A stretch of DNA of 64,000 bases from Macrostomum hystrix (lineage: Eukaryota; Animalia; Platyhelminthes). Positions 1-11,086 of the stretch are shown here, piece by piece (positions within the stretch are counted from its first letter, which is position 1; every line of letters starts with the position of its first letter). Position numbers and translations under genes: made by a program. The stretch covers positions 19,282,001 through 19,346,000 of the forward strand of contig CATNEN010000039.1 of the NCBI GenBank assembly GCA_950097015.1, given 5' to 3'. The notes under the pieces are model-generated. The model was not told the origin of the DNA and made no database searches. It saw only the letters and a list, made by a program, of their open reading frames with translations.

Positions 1-90
1 CTTTTACTGAAGCTTCAACACTCCTAAATAAGAGCATCTTGGCTGGAAGCGATTACTTAGTCTAAGGTACAACCTTCAATGCATTCTTTA

Positions 91-868
91 ACAGTAGAAA
101 GACGACGTGCGTCTTTCAGAAATGCCCGATTTTCGTCAAAGTCCACCATTCGAATGAAACTTTACGATGAACTAACTTTCAAAGCCATATGACGTCAGCA
201 TCGTCGAGATGATTCAGCGATTCCTGTCGAAGACAAGGACATCTAACATGATGTGTGATGAAGAGATTTTGTATAAACCTCTGATGAATTTACGTGGGTT
301 TAATAATATAATTTTTTTTTAATTTTTTTTATAATAACACCTGCCCCAATTGGGTCAGAAGTGCAGCCGACAGCACAGCCGCAGCTAATGCGCGGCGCAT
401 CTGAAGGCTGCGTACAGCTGTTCAGTCCACGGACTGGGGGGACGCCACACCCACCTTCAATTATCCCAGCTGATGCTGGTACCCATTATACAGCTGGGTG
501 AACTGAAGCAATGCAGAGTTAAGTGTCTTGCTAAAGGACGCAAATTGTTCCAGTGGAGTCGGGAATCGAACCCCCGACCTTCAAGTCGTGAGTCCGACGC
601 CTTAACCACTAGGCTACAACCTCTCCCAGTCCCAATAATAATTAACAATATAATTAACATAATATACTCAACAATCATGATAGCCGACATGGTTTCATTA
701 CAAAATTTTGTGAGCACAAAAATTATACATAAATTTGTTGTTCTTGCCACCCAACAAGCCAACGAGAATCGTTGAACATTTCGACGATGCCGATGTTTCT
801 TCTGAATCTTTTATGAGATACAGAAAAAACTGGGTATTTGAAATACTCCCCCGTGGTATTTGTACTGT
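91..868. mobile_element. MITE-like non-autonomous DNA transposon (family A) with a SINE nested inside
   Basis: Imperfect TIRs: aacagtagaaagacgac (~90-106) vs gtggtatttgtactgtt (~853-869). Internal segments (gattttcgtcaaagtccac, gcatcgtcgagat, gaatcgttgaacatttcgacgatgccgatg, gtatttgaaatac) recur at ~7520-7950, 37745-37930, 38595-39130, 42760-43060 and 44390-44645. Confidence 0.65.
302..622 (-). mobile_element. tRNA-derived CORE-SINE (family 1)
   Basis: Reverse strand shows a tRNA-like head with A box (tagcctagtgg) and B box (gttcgattc), then ccttTagcaagacacttaactctgcattgcttcagttcacccagctgtataatgggtacc, which aligns by eye to the MIR CORE domain, then an AT-rich tail. Near-identical copies at 16309, 23845 and 48130. 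Confidence 0.85.
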
Positions 869-1407
869 TAGTCTACTCCCCACAGAGTTGCAACATATCT
901 TCTACATTGGTTCACAAGGTGACCCAAACGAAAACTGCGTAAATACGAGTAAAATCAAGGAACAAAAAGCATGTAGTAAGCGAGCGAGTAAAACGACTAT
1001 GGCAACCGAGCTATCAGTCTCACCTGCTCCGGGTCTGACTTGCCACAATCGGGCAGAACCTTTGAGCACAGCTTGAGAAGTTAAAATAAATATACGTATT
1101 TTAAACCAAGTTTTGGCACCAATTTGAAATAAATGAATTGCTAACCCCATTTAAATACCTGCAGCTTCTGTCATCTAAGCTAAGATTGTGAAAGCGCGCT
1201 TGAATACTAAACAAAGACTACTTTGAAAATATAAATTCAGGAAAAGTCGATTTCGTATTTGTCGCCCTACCCTGACTAAGCTTCGATGCACAAAACTGGG
1301 CAGCCTGTGATAGCCTGTCCGATTGCAGACACTGAAATTGGGATTTTAGCATAGTAGGAAAACTTATTAACGACATTAATTGATTCCATCCCATCGATAT
1401 CCATACA

Positions 1408-1920
1408 ATCTGCTCCCATCCAATCTGCTCCCATCCAATCTGCTCCCATCCAATCTGCTCCCATCCAATCTGCTCCCATCCAATCTGCTCCCATCCAATC
1501 TGCTCCCATCCAATCTGCTCCCATCCAATCTGCTCCCATCCAATCTGCTCCCATCCAATCTGCTCCCATCCAATCTGCTCCCATCCAATCTGCTCCCATC
1601 CAATCTGCTCCCATCCAATCTGCTCCCATCCAATCTGCTCCCATCCAATCTGCTCCCATCCAATCTGCTCCCATCCAATCTGCTCCCATCCAATCTGCTC
1701 CCATCCAATCTGCTCCCATCCAATCTGCTCCCATCCAATCTGCTCCCATCCAATCTGCTCCCATCCAATCTGCTCCCATCCAATCTGCTCCCATCCAATC
1801 TGCTCCCATCCAATCTGCTCCCATCCAATCTGCTCCCATCCAATCTGCCTTCATTCAACCTGATCCCATCCAATCTGATCCCGTCCCATCTGATCCCTAC
1901 CCATCTGATCCCACCCTAAG
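1408..1920. repeat. 15-bp minisatellite (aatctgctcccatcc)n with degenerate right edge
   Basis: About 29 perfect units over 1408-1847, then degenerate units; the overlapping repeat ORFs are artefacts. Confidence 0.97.
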
Positions 1921-1997
1921 TGATCCTATTGAATCCCAGATCTCATCTAATCGTATTCGATCCCAGATCCCACCCGAGCATGTTGAGCAGTGCTCAC

Positions 1998-4900
1998 CTG
2001 TTTTCGCCACCGGCAGCGCACCCTTCGAACTCCCCCCCTTCCTCGGCCTCCTCTTCCTCGTCGCTGTCCGACTCTACAAATCTGGCTCCGGCCGACTCCG
2101 ACTCCGAGGAAGCCGTTGAGGAAGCGGCCATGATGTCGCGGAGTCCCAGCTTCCGCGTCAGCCGCTCGGGGCCAAGGACCCGCAGGTCGCACGCGGCATC
2201 AAGGACCGCCAGCTGTTCGGAGAGACCCGGCGGTGGATGCGGCGTAGGCTTAGGCGTCAGCTGCGGCCCTCCGCCGTTGTCATAGCCGCCACCTCCATCG
2301 TCGGCGTTTTCTGTGTCAAAGTCGACGTCCGCACAAGCGCGTCGCAGCCCTCTACGCAGGTAGCGGTGAGCAGCTGCCACTGACACCTGGAATATATTCA
2401 AACCTTTGAATTCACTAAATTTAAAATGGAAAAGTTTTTAACATTCACGATATACTACTGTACAATAGAATGTAAGAAGTGCGAAATCCGAAAAAAGAAA
2501 ACTTTTATAAAATCTTGACTAAGTTTCACCTGGCCCAGCAGAAGTGGTCGCCGATGATCAAGAAGTCTTTGTCGAAGTCCGCTGCCGTCACTGTTGCCAG
2601 GTGCGTTTTTCTGTCAGTTCAGTGCAAAAAATTGATTTAAATCGCATCTTTAAATTATCTAGATAACAGAGCATAGGTTCTGGGAGACGGTGATGGCACA
2701 TCACCAAATAATGTGCCATTGCCCGCAGCCCTCCTTCAATTATTATTATTATTGTTGTTGTTATCTACGCCTAGCTGTCCTGTCTGGAACCTACCCCAGA
2801 TTCTTCACCGGCCTCATTATCCTGCACCAACGGCAGCGACTCAAAATTCTGATGCCGTCGTAGCAGTCGCCGAAGTTGGTCGTTGGTGTCGCTCAGACGG
2901 ATTTGCACAGTCGACTCTGGCGGTAGCATGACCTGGCTGACACGAATTCTGGCGCACCTGGATCGGGAAAGTTACTTTTGATCTCGTCTCATCAAAACTT
3001 TCGGTTCTCCTCCCAGTCTTCCGGTAGAGAAGAGTAAAAAATCTCACCTGGCCAGCAGTTTAGGACAGGTGATGGGCGCGTGCGGTAGCCGTTTGATGCG
3101 GATGCCCAGGTCGTAGAAGGACAGTGTGCGGCAGGCGTGCATGGCGAAATTGGCTATCAGCACAGATAGCTAGATTAAGTGATGTTGATGATGAATTTAG
3201 TTCAGTTAATTCGATGAGACAGAATTAATATTTCATTTTTAACAAATATAATCAATTAGGTGTATAGAAAGCTGTGAAAATTTCCTGAATTTCATTGGAG
3301 CTTAGAAATTTTCCGGGAAATCCCCATGTAAAAATATGCGTTATAGTCTCAAATGTCCCTCAGAGCTGTCAGAGAGAGTGCCGCAGAGGTGTGAGAGAGA
3401 GTGCCGCAGAGGTGTGAGAGAGAGTGCCGCAGAGGTGTGAGAGAGAGTGCCGCAGAGGTGTGAGAGAGAGTGCCCAGAGGTGTCAGAGAGATTGCCGCAG
3501 AGGTGTGAGAGAGAGAGTGCCGCAGAGGTGTGAGAGAGAGTGCCGCAGAGGTGTCAGAGAGAGTGCCGCAGAGGTGTGAGAGAGAGAGTGCCGCAGAGGT
3601 GTCAGAGAGAGTGCCGCAGAGGTGTCAGAGAGAGTGCCGCAGAGGTGTCAGAGAGAGTGCCGCAGAGGTGTGAGAGAGAGTGCCGCAGAGGTGTCAGAGA
3701 GAGTGCCGCAGAGGTGTCAGAGAGAGTGCCGCAGAGGTATCAGAGCTAGTACTATGGAGGTGTCAGGGCTAGTACCACGGAGGTGTCAGGGCTAGGTCTC
3801 AAGGCACTCACAATGGTGGGAATAATGAGGCTAATATCGCCGGTAACCTCGAACACTATCAGCGAAGTGGACAGGGTGCCGGTGGCCGCTCCCGAGAAGG
3901 CAGCCGCACCCGCCAGAACAAACCACACGGGATGGTCGTGTCCGCTCAGCTCTCCGTACAGCCTGCCTATTGCAGCCCCAGCAACGAACGTTGGCATGAA
4001 GACACCGGAGGGTATCGCCAGGGTGAGAGTGACAGCTGCGCAGATCAGTTTGAGCAGCGCAAAGTGCAGCAGCAGCTTCATCAGAGCGCTGAAGTCTCCG
4101 CCAGGTCTCAGATGCGGTGAGAAGCCCACTGGCGAGTCCTGAGTTAAAAATTTTAATCGATTGCATTTGTCGTAAAAAAGAAAAACAATCAGTTAGCTAC
4201 TTCCTCAATTCCCTATCAGCTAATTTAAGCAACCGACTCCACCCAACTCACTCCTTTGCAAAACTAAAAAACTCAAACTCACTCCTCCACCTACCTCATT
4301 CTTCCACCCGCCTCAATCCTCCAACAACCCCACTCCTCTACCCACCTCGCTCTTCAACCTCCAACAACTCCTCCAACAACCCACTCCTCCACCCACCTCA
4401 CTGTTCCACCCGCCTCACTCCTCCAACAACCCCACTCCTCCACCCACCCCACTCCTCCACCCGCCTCACTCCTCCAACAACCCACTCCTCCACCCACATC
4501 ACTCTTCCACCCGCCTCACTCTTCCACCCGCCTCACTCCTCCAACAACCCACTCCTCCACCCACATCACTCTTCCACCCGCCTCACTCCTCCAACAATCC
4601 CACTCCTCCACCCACCTCACTCTTCCACCCGCCTCACTCCTCCAACAACCCCACTCCTCCATCCACCTAACTTCTTCAACAATTTCGCTCCTCCAGCTCC
4701 AGCAACCCCACTCCTCCACCCTTCTAACTCCTCTTCAACCCCACGCCACTCCCGACATTAGCTCATCATAAGCTCATTAACACACCTGTGAAACTGTAGC
4801 GTTTGCCACGTATTCAACAGCGGGCTCGGGTGCCAGAAGCTGCCTACGCCAGCTTGTGTGGGCAAACAACTGACGAAGCTGGTCGAATTGGCGCACCTGG

Positions 4901-7900
4901 GACAGCGAGCCGCGGCCCACGCGATGCGCCGGACAGGTGAGCAGAGCGAGGAACAACGAGGCGAATAGGCAGTAGGCCAGGGCTCGAAAACGGGGCCGCC
5001 AATAATTGGTCTTGCTACTAGAGATGACAGGTAATTACATGTCTAAGATTGTTACTTTAGGAAAAATAGCTGGATATGTAGACCTAAGGCTATGAATTTT
5101 TCTATAAAATTATCAACGTAAGAGTCAATAAAATATACATTGCACAACCCAGTTACGACAAAAATAATGCAGCCACCTGACTCCTGCAGCCATTTCACTC
5201 CTGCAGCCACCTCACTCCTGCAGCCACCTCACTCCTGCAGCCACCTCAATCCTGCAGCCACCTTAATCCTGCAGCCAACTGACTCCTGCAGCCACCTGAC
5301 TCCTCCAGCCACCTCACTCCTGCAGCCACCTCACTCCTGCAGCCACCTCACTCCTGCAGCCACCTCACTCCTGCAGCCACCTCACTCCTGCAGCCACCTC
5401 ACTACAATACAGATCCTTATCTTCAAACCACCCCACTTCTCGAGTTATCTCAGTATGTACGCACTCCACTGCATCCTATTGATTTCTTAAGCCAAACATT
5501 GATATTTTCTTACTCTGCGCTCCGACCAATTAGCCGCCTCTCTGCCCACGCCACCAGCCGGCGCGATCCAGTTTTGAGGCACAGTCGGTAGAAGCGCAGG
5601 AAGACAACAGAAACCAAGCCAGCCAGAAGGCCGAGGCCGGCGAAGCTCGCCAGATCAGCCGACTGGACGCTGCGGTCCTCTGACTTGGCCATTGCAATGG
5701 CCGAGCCGATCAGGTACTCGCCAGCTATGGAGCCTGCAAGGGTACGCAAAAGGACGATGACAGGCACTAAGTTGTAAAGTAGGCCCATAGGAGTCTCTAT
5801 GTATGATCGACTCACTGTGTCTCATGCCAGTCATGAGTATACTCATGGCCATTGTAGCCACAATATTGCAATAGAAGCCTCGCCAGTATGTGTTCACAGC
5901 GAAGTACTTGGTGGTTAGCTCGATGGAGAACAATACTCCGCTGATTGGCGCGTTGAAGGTGCAGGCAACTCCGACAGCGGCAGCTACGCACATCATCTCC
6001 TGGTGCTCCCAGGTCCACGGCTGGGATAGGTAAGAAAAATGAGCTTGTTTAGTCCTAACCCTAAATCTCATATCTCTACTGACTCTGAACCACTGCCACT
6101 CAACGGTACTCAACCAAGGCAAATCAACGGGGGTCGGTAGCAGGGCGGTTAACGCGTTACCTCTCGCACAAATGTGCCTAAGCTCGATTCCGCGGCGAGG
6201 CCACATTTATTTGCGGCGCAACCGCGGAGAGAAGGCTTGGTGGCTTGTCGTGGAATTTAAGCCATTGAGGGTCAACCTCCAAGGCACAGTGAATTAACTG
6301 TGCACTGCCTGACGATGAGAAAGTCAAGGCATGCAGATGTCCACACCTGTGTGAGTGTATGCATGCGTACAGTATCTGAGTGCGCGTGTGTTTAGGAGTC
6401 AGCGAAATGGGCAGAATTGCCTTCTCGCTGGCTGCTGACAGCTGACTGACACAAAATGATGAGGCATTGCCCACAACCCTCCTGCAAGTATTATTATTAT
6501 TATAACACAACTCAACCATCGCTACTCAACCATCGCTACTCAACCATCGCTACTCAACCATCGCTACTCAACCATCGCTACTCAACCATCGCTACTCAAC
6601 CATCGCTACTCAACCATCGCTACTCAACCATCGCTACTCAACCATCGCTACTCAACCATCGCTACTCAACCATCGCTACTCAACCATCGCTACTCAACCA
6701 TCGCTACTCAACCATCGCTACTCAACCATCGCTACTCAACCATCGCTACTCAACCATCGCTACTCAACCATCGCTACTCAACCATCGCTACTCAACCATC
6801 GCTACTCAACCATCGCTACTCAACCATCGCTACTCAACCATCGCTACTCAACCATCGCTACTCAACCATCGCTACTCAACCATCGCTACTCAACCATCGC
6901 TACTCAACCATCGCTACTCAACCATCGCTACTCAACCATCGCTACTCAACCATCGCTACTCAACCATCGCTACTCAACCATCGCTACTCAACCATCGCTA
7001 CTCAATCAATGCTCCTGTTACCTCAAGCGTCTTGAAGGCGGCAGACGCGAGCACCCGAGTGGCTCGCAGGCAGCTGGAGAAGCGACCGGAGGCCACGGCG
7101 GCCCTCGGGTCGGGCCGGACCTGCCGGTGCAGGCGGTGGCCGAACATGAGCAGGTGTGCAATGCAGCAGGACATGTGCACGTTGGGGCCCAGCATGCCAA
7201 CGGGCAGGCCGGAGTTCAAGGCCAGGATGAGTCCGAGTACTCTAGTGAGCAGTGCGCGGGCTCCCAGTAAGGATTTCTCACGGTAGGCATTCGATAGGAA
7301 GCAGCGCAGCTCGGGAATTCCGGAGCCTTATAGGATCGATGCGGCTTGTTTGAATCACTTAATACGGACCATGTAGCCTACGTTTTTGTTTGCAGCTTCT
7401 CGGGAGCTTGTGGTTAAAATGGTAACCAGCATCAGCTCAATGGCTGCGGCTGTGCCAGTGACTATACATCTGGTGAAGAACGAACAAGTCTCGAGTAAAA
7501 GAGGCTTCGCATAAACTTTTAACCAAGGATTTATTTTTTCTGTATCTCTCAAAGTATTCATCCAATCGCTATAAAAATCCAGAAAACGAGCTAAAATTTT
7601 CCGCTCTATCCGATGAAACAAGTTTCAGAATTAAAAAACATCGGCATCGTCGAGATATTCAACGATTCTCGTGAGGGTGGCTGCTTTTGCTCACAAAATT
7701 ATGTCACGAAATCATGCCGGCTACTATTGTTGACTATTGTTGACTGATTATATTGTTAATTTATACCCTTTATACAGAACAATGTTATTTGTCCTGGTCA
7801 CCAAGGTCTACGACAAGATTCGCTGGATATCAAGACGATGCTGGCTCGTACGGCGTGGAAAGTTATTTCATCGCAAAGGGCGGAAAATTTTATTTAGATC

Positions 7901-8934
7901 GTGGACTTTCACGAAAATCGGTCATTCAGTTTGAGAGCTATTGTAAAATTGTTAGTTGGTAGAGATTTGCCAGCTTGTGAACAGTTTTTCTCGTCTTTGA
8001 TCGGCAGTCGACCATTTATTAACGAATCGAGAGACTCGTCATTCTACTTTAGAAGTCGCTGTACTCATGTACTCACCAGCCGCGATAGGACTGCAGAGCT
8101 GCACCAACAGGCAGGAGAGCATGACGAAGGGCACCACACTGGCCACCCACCACAGCACGAACAGTGCAAAGTCGGGCCAGTCCTTGGTCTCGGCGATGGC
8201 GAGGCTACGGTTGTACCGAGCGCTGAGCAGGCCTGCAAAATCGAATTGACGAGGTGTACTAAACATCCCAATGTGGCATCTTGCGGTGGTCTGTCTCACC
8301 CAAGCTGATGAGGTTGTTAGCTATGATAACAGTGCTGCTAAACGCGGCCGTCACTATGCTGAAGCCGGTGAGAAATAGCCACAGGCGCCAGGCGTTGAAT
8401 GCATTCACGAGCCACAGGAGGTCTGAGTAGGGCGCCAATTTATGCAGAATGTGTGTTAGATTCATGCTTTACGGACCATGTACCAAAATCAGAGCTTACA
8501 TGATCGAGGAAGCCTCCAACCAAGCAGGGATAACCGGGGCGGAAGGTCATCCAGATCCGAGTCCGAGTCGCGGCCTGCGGGCGCTCTGTCGTAGTCCTGA
8601 GATTCAACAAGCAACATGTGGACTTCTTTGCATTATTTATAAGATAGTTGAGCACAGCTAAATGCTATTACATCGAAGCGAGTCTCACCGTAGCGCTGTG
8701 GCCGCCACCGGAGCTGTCCCAGCCGCTTTCATCTCCGTCATCTCGGTCGGATAAGTTGAGGCGACATTCGCCACTTCGCTGCTGGATGTGTTGCCTCTGA
8801 TGATGATGCTGATGATGGTGGTGATGATGCCGAGAGCTTTGCCTGTCGCCAGACCTGTGTGGCGAGGTGGCTCCATTTGAACCTTGGCGCTGTCGAGCAT
8901 CCTGCTGGAGAGGATTTTGTTCGCGCGTCGACAT
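1998..8934 (-). CDS. CLC-family chloride channel (ClC-2-like), multi-exon; 3' end (second CBS domain) not resolved and may continue leftwards
   Basis: Approximate exons with GT-AG boundaries: 8934-8689, 8596-8500, 8422-8300, 8232-8076, 7326-7022, 6022-5818, 5733-5513, 5019-4787, 4137-3811, 3168-3048, 2957-2810, 2610-2530, 2386-1998. CLC signatures: GSGIPE, G(ML)GPxVH, FNAPISGVLFSIE, PSGVFMPTFVAGAAIGRLYGE, LAGAAAFSGAATGTLSTSLIVFEVTG, SFYD (central Tyr) and a CBS1-like IRVSQVM...LRRLL...FESLPLV. Confidence 0.92.
3365..3748. repeat. ~22-bp minisatellite (gagagagtgccgcagaggtgt(c/g)a)n in CLC intron
   Basis: Direct tandem units with a variable GA run. Confidence 0.95.
4275..4745. repeat. C-rich degenerate ~50-bp minisatellite in CLC intron
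   Basis: Units like ccactcctccacccacctcactcttccacccgcctcactcctccaacaacc. Confidence 0.9.
5169..5402. repeat. 17-bp minisatellite (cagccacctcactcctg)n in CLC intron
   Basis: About 13 tandem units with substitutions. Confidence 0.93.
6129..6445 (+). mobile_element. tRNA-derived SINE (family 2) in CLC intron
   Basis: Head with A-box-like tagcagggcggttaa and B-box-like gctcgattcc. Body (gcggagagaaggcttgg...gagggtcaacctcc...ctgcctgacgatgagaaagtca...gtatctgagtgcgcgtgtg...gcagaattgcc...cgctggctgc) matches reverse-strand copies at 18960-19268 and 35700-36005. Confidence 0.8.
6509..7005. repeat. 14-bp minisatellite (actcaaccatcgct)n in CLC intron
   Basis: About 35 perfect units ending ~15 nt from a splice donor. 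Confidence 0.97.
7520..7950. mobile_element. MITE family A copy in CLC intron
   Basis: Colinear with 38620-39090 (ttttctgtatctctcaaa...gtcaccaaggtctacgacaaga...aaagggcggaaaatttt...cacgaaaatcggtcattc). Confidence 0.7.
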
Positions 8935-11086
8935 TGTGCGTGAACGAGCCGTCAGGCTTTAGATAACAACAGTTGTCATAACTACGCGATTGAAAACCGA
9001 TTAGTTTGTCTCAAAAATAGAGAACAACTCAGCATGTGACAGACTCACGCAAGGCTGGAGCAGTCTGGGCGTCTTGCGAATTCGAACAATGCGCTTCATG
9101 GCTTACAGAAGCTTCTGAACTATTTAAAATTTCTAAAAGGCCAGCCCTGAACTCACAGCGGTGTTCTCCCATTAAGACTTTGTTGAAAGCTGTACTCAAA
9201 GTTCAACCGGTCAGAACTGGTTTGGCGCCACTCTCCCCACACACTAATACAGCCCCAACAACTTCCCAACAAATGCTATACTGTCCCGCTTCCATATGTT
9301 CTTTCATTCAGCTCAACCTAACTTAGCCAAAGCGAGTTTGATCGATTTTACGAGTAGAAAAAGCCTCGATACGAAACTCTACAATTCCTTGGCCTCACCC
9401 TCTGCTGTCGATTCCGTGATTTGCACCGCAAGCTTTCTACTTGCTAGCAAGCGAATAAGCAGAAGTTGCATGTTTACCAAAATCGGGGCTTCTTGAACAG
9501 CTGGTCCTGTTGTTGATTCTTGTTCATGCTCAGCTTCGTGTTGTTGAGCCTCGTCAGTCGGACCGAAGTCCGCTGACGCTGACTTCATTCGGACTGGGTC
9601 CTCCATTGCAGATAATATTTAAACAGCGAACGAAGACTGTGGTTCAGTCGAAACGCTTAATTCTGTCCTGTCCTTCAATCCGCTTCGACGTGAAATGTTT
9701 GCACTCATTTATTCAGTTCCTTGGAGATCACAGAAGGCCTTCAAGTTAGAGTTTGCTAAGCAGCAGCGGTTTTTTCGTAGCAGAATGTCAAAATGTCGAC
9801 AATAGTTTTTCAAGACTTTACTAGCTAAATGACTGAGAACGAACAGATTGAGAGATTAAATTGAATTCTTTTGAATTATGCTTAAGACGCAGACAGAGTG
9901 GCAGAGATCTTGGGTGTAATTTTTTTCTTTCTTCTGCGTGCACACTGAATCGAGAGCGGTAAACAACGGGAGCAGGAGGGAAAAGAGATCGGACCAAATG
10001 CGTACACTGTATGGGGAAATAAGAACATAAGCTTTAGTGTTCGGCTCTTACATGGCCTATATAGACAGCTGTTGCTCCTGTGATCGGCTTCACAAATGCA
10101 ACTATGGGATCTCGTTTGCAGCGCCAGCTCGACAGATCCTCGCTGCCTACTTTGGCTGGGGTTGGTTGATCGAGGTTTAAGAGCAAGTTAGAATTTAATG
10201 GACTGTAGTAACACTGTACAAATGATCTTCTGCCCGTATGTGATATAGTGTCTATTGCTTCAGTACATACATTTTTGCACAAAGAACGCTAAATGTCCAT
10301 TTGTACATAAATTATAACGCATTTTTATTTTATTCATCATCCACGCATATTCTGATCGTTTTCCTACTTTCCTTTTTATTTCAGTTGCAGCGCCATATAG
10401 GTGTTATAAATAATATGCAAATAATTGGATGTAGGCAATTAGTGGATTCTGCCATTAATTGTAAAGAAGGCTAAGTGATTGTCATTTTTTATAAATATAT
10501 AATTTTGTTATTGCGATAGATGTTTTAAATGTATGGTAAGTAAAATTTTCCACATTGTAAAATTATTTTTTTTTGCCTTTTTAGGATAGCTCATTTTAAT
10601 TACTTTTCAGTAAAAATGTACATTAGTTGTGATGGCATTTACTTATATATTGAGCTTACTACAGTTAAATGTCCGCAAAAACCGTAATTTTTGCGTGCGA
10701 GTTCTGCTGAGTAAAAATAATGTAAAATATCTTTATTTTGAAAGAATTTATGTAGCGAGACTTTTTAGTAATAAATGGTTTATCACAATTTGAGGCTCAA
10801 CTGAGAAATTTACGGCGTTTGGCTTCGTATGAGGTGGTAGTCTAACAAATTAAATGAATATGATTTAATGAACATTCTAACTTTATTTGTTAATATGCGC
10901 CTTCACGAATATATATTTCTAATCATTTTTTATTTTTAGTTGCACATTACAATTTTCTCAAAAAAATAATTGTACTTTCGGTGGAAACACTTTAAAATTT
11001 TGTCTTAATGTGTAAGTTACGATCAGAGTACAATGAAATTGTTGTATGTGTTAACCAGTTAAAACAGTTATTTTTACCTTTATCAG

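Noticed and set aside
548-622. tRNA-Val(CAC)-like gene (also at ~16310, 24100-24173, 48130-48200)
   Set aside because: Imperfect stems and always followed by the same ~230-bp body and AT-rich tail: SINE heads, not tRNA genes.
1276-1919. Repetitive ORFs (GADWM, SRLDG, LLPSN) and similar ORFs at 6456-7286, 26694-27386, 44007-44518 and 63013-64000
   Set aside because: Translations of stop-free minisatellites, open in several frames and on both strands.
6305-6330. Hammerhead ribozyme in SINE family 2 (ctgacgatgagaaag)
   Set aside because: Spacing lacks CUGANGA-stem II-GAAA geometry; it is a simple hairpin.
9379-9606. Additional upstream CLC coding exon (MEDPVRMKSASADFGP...)
   Set aside because: Plausible but I could not establish a phase-consistent splice path to the 8934 exon; left unannotated.
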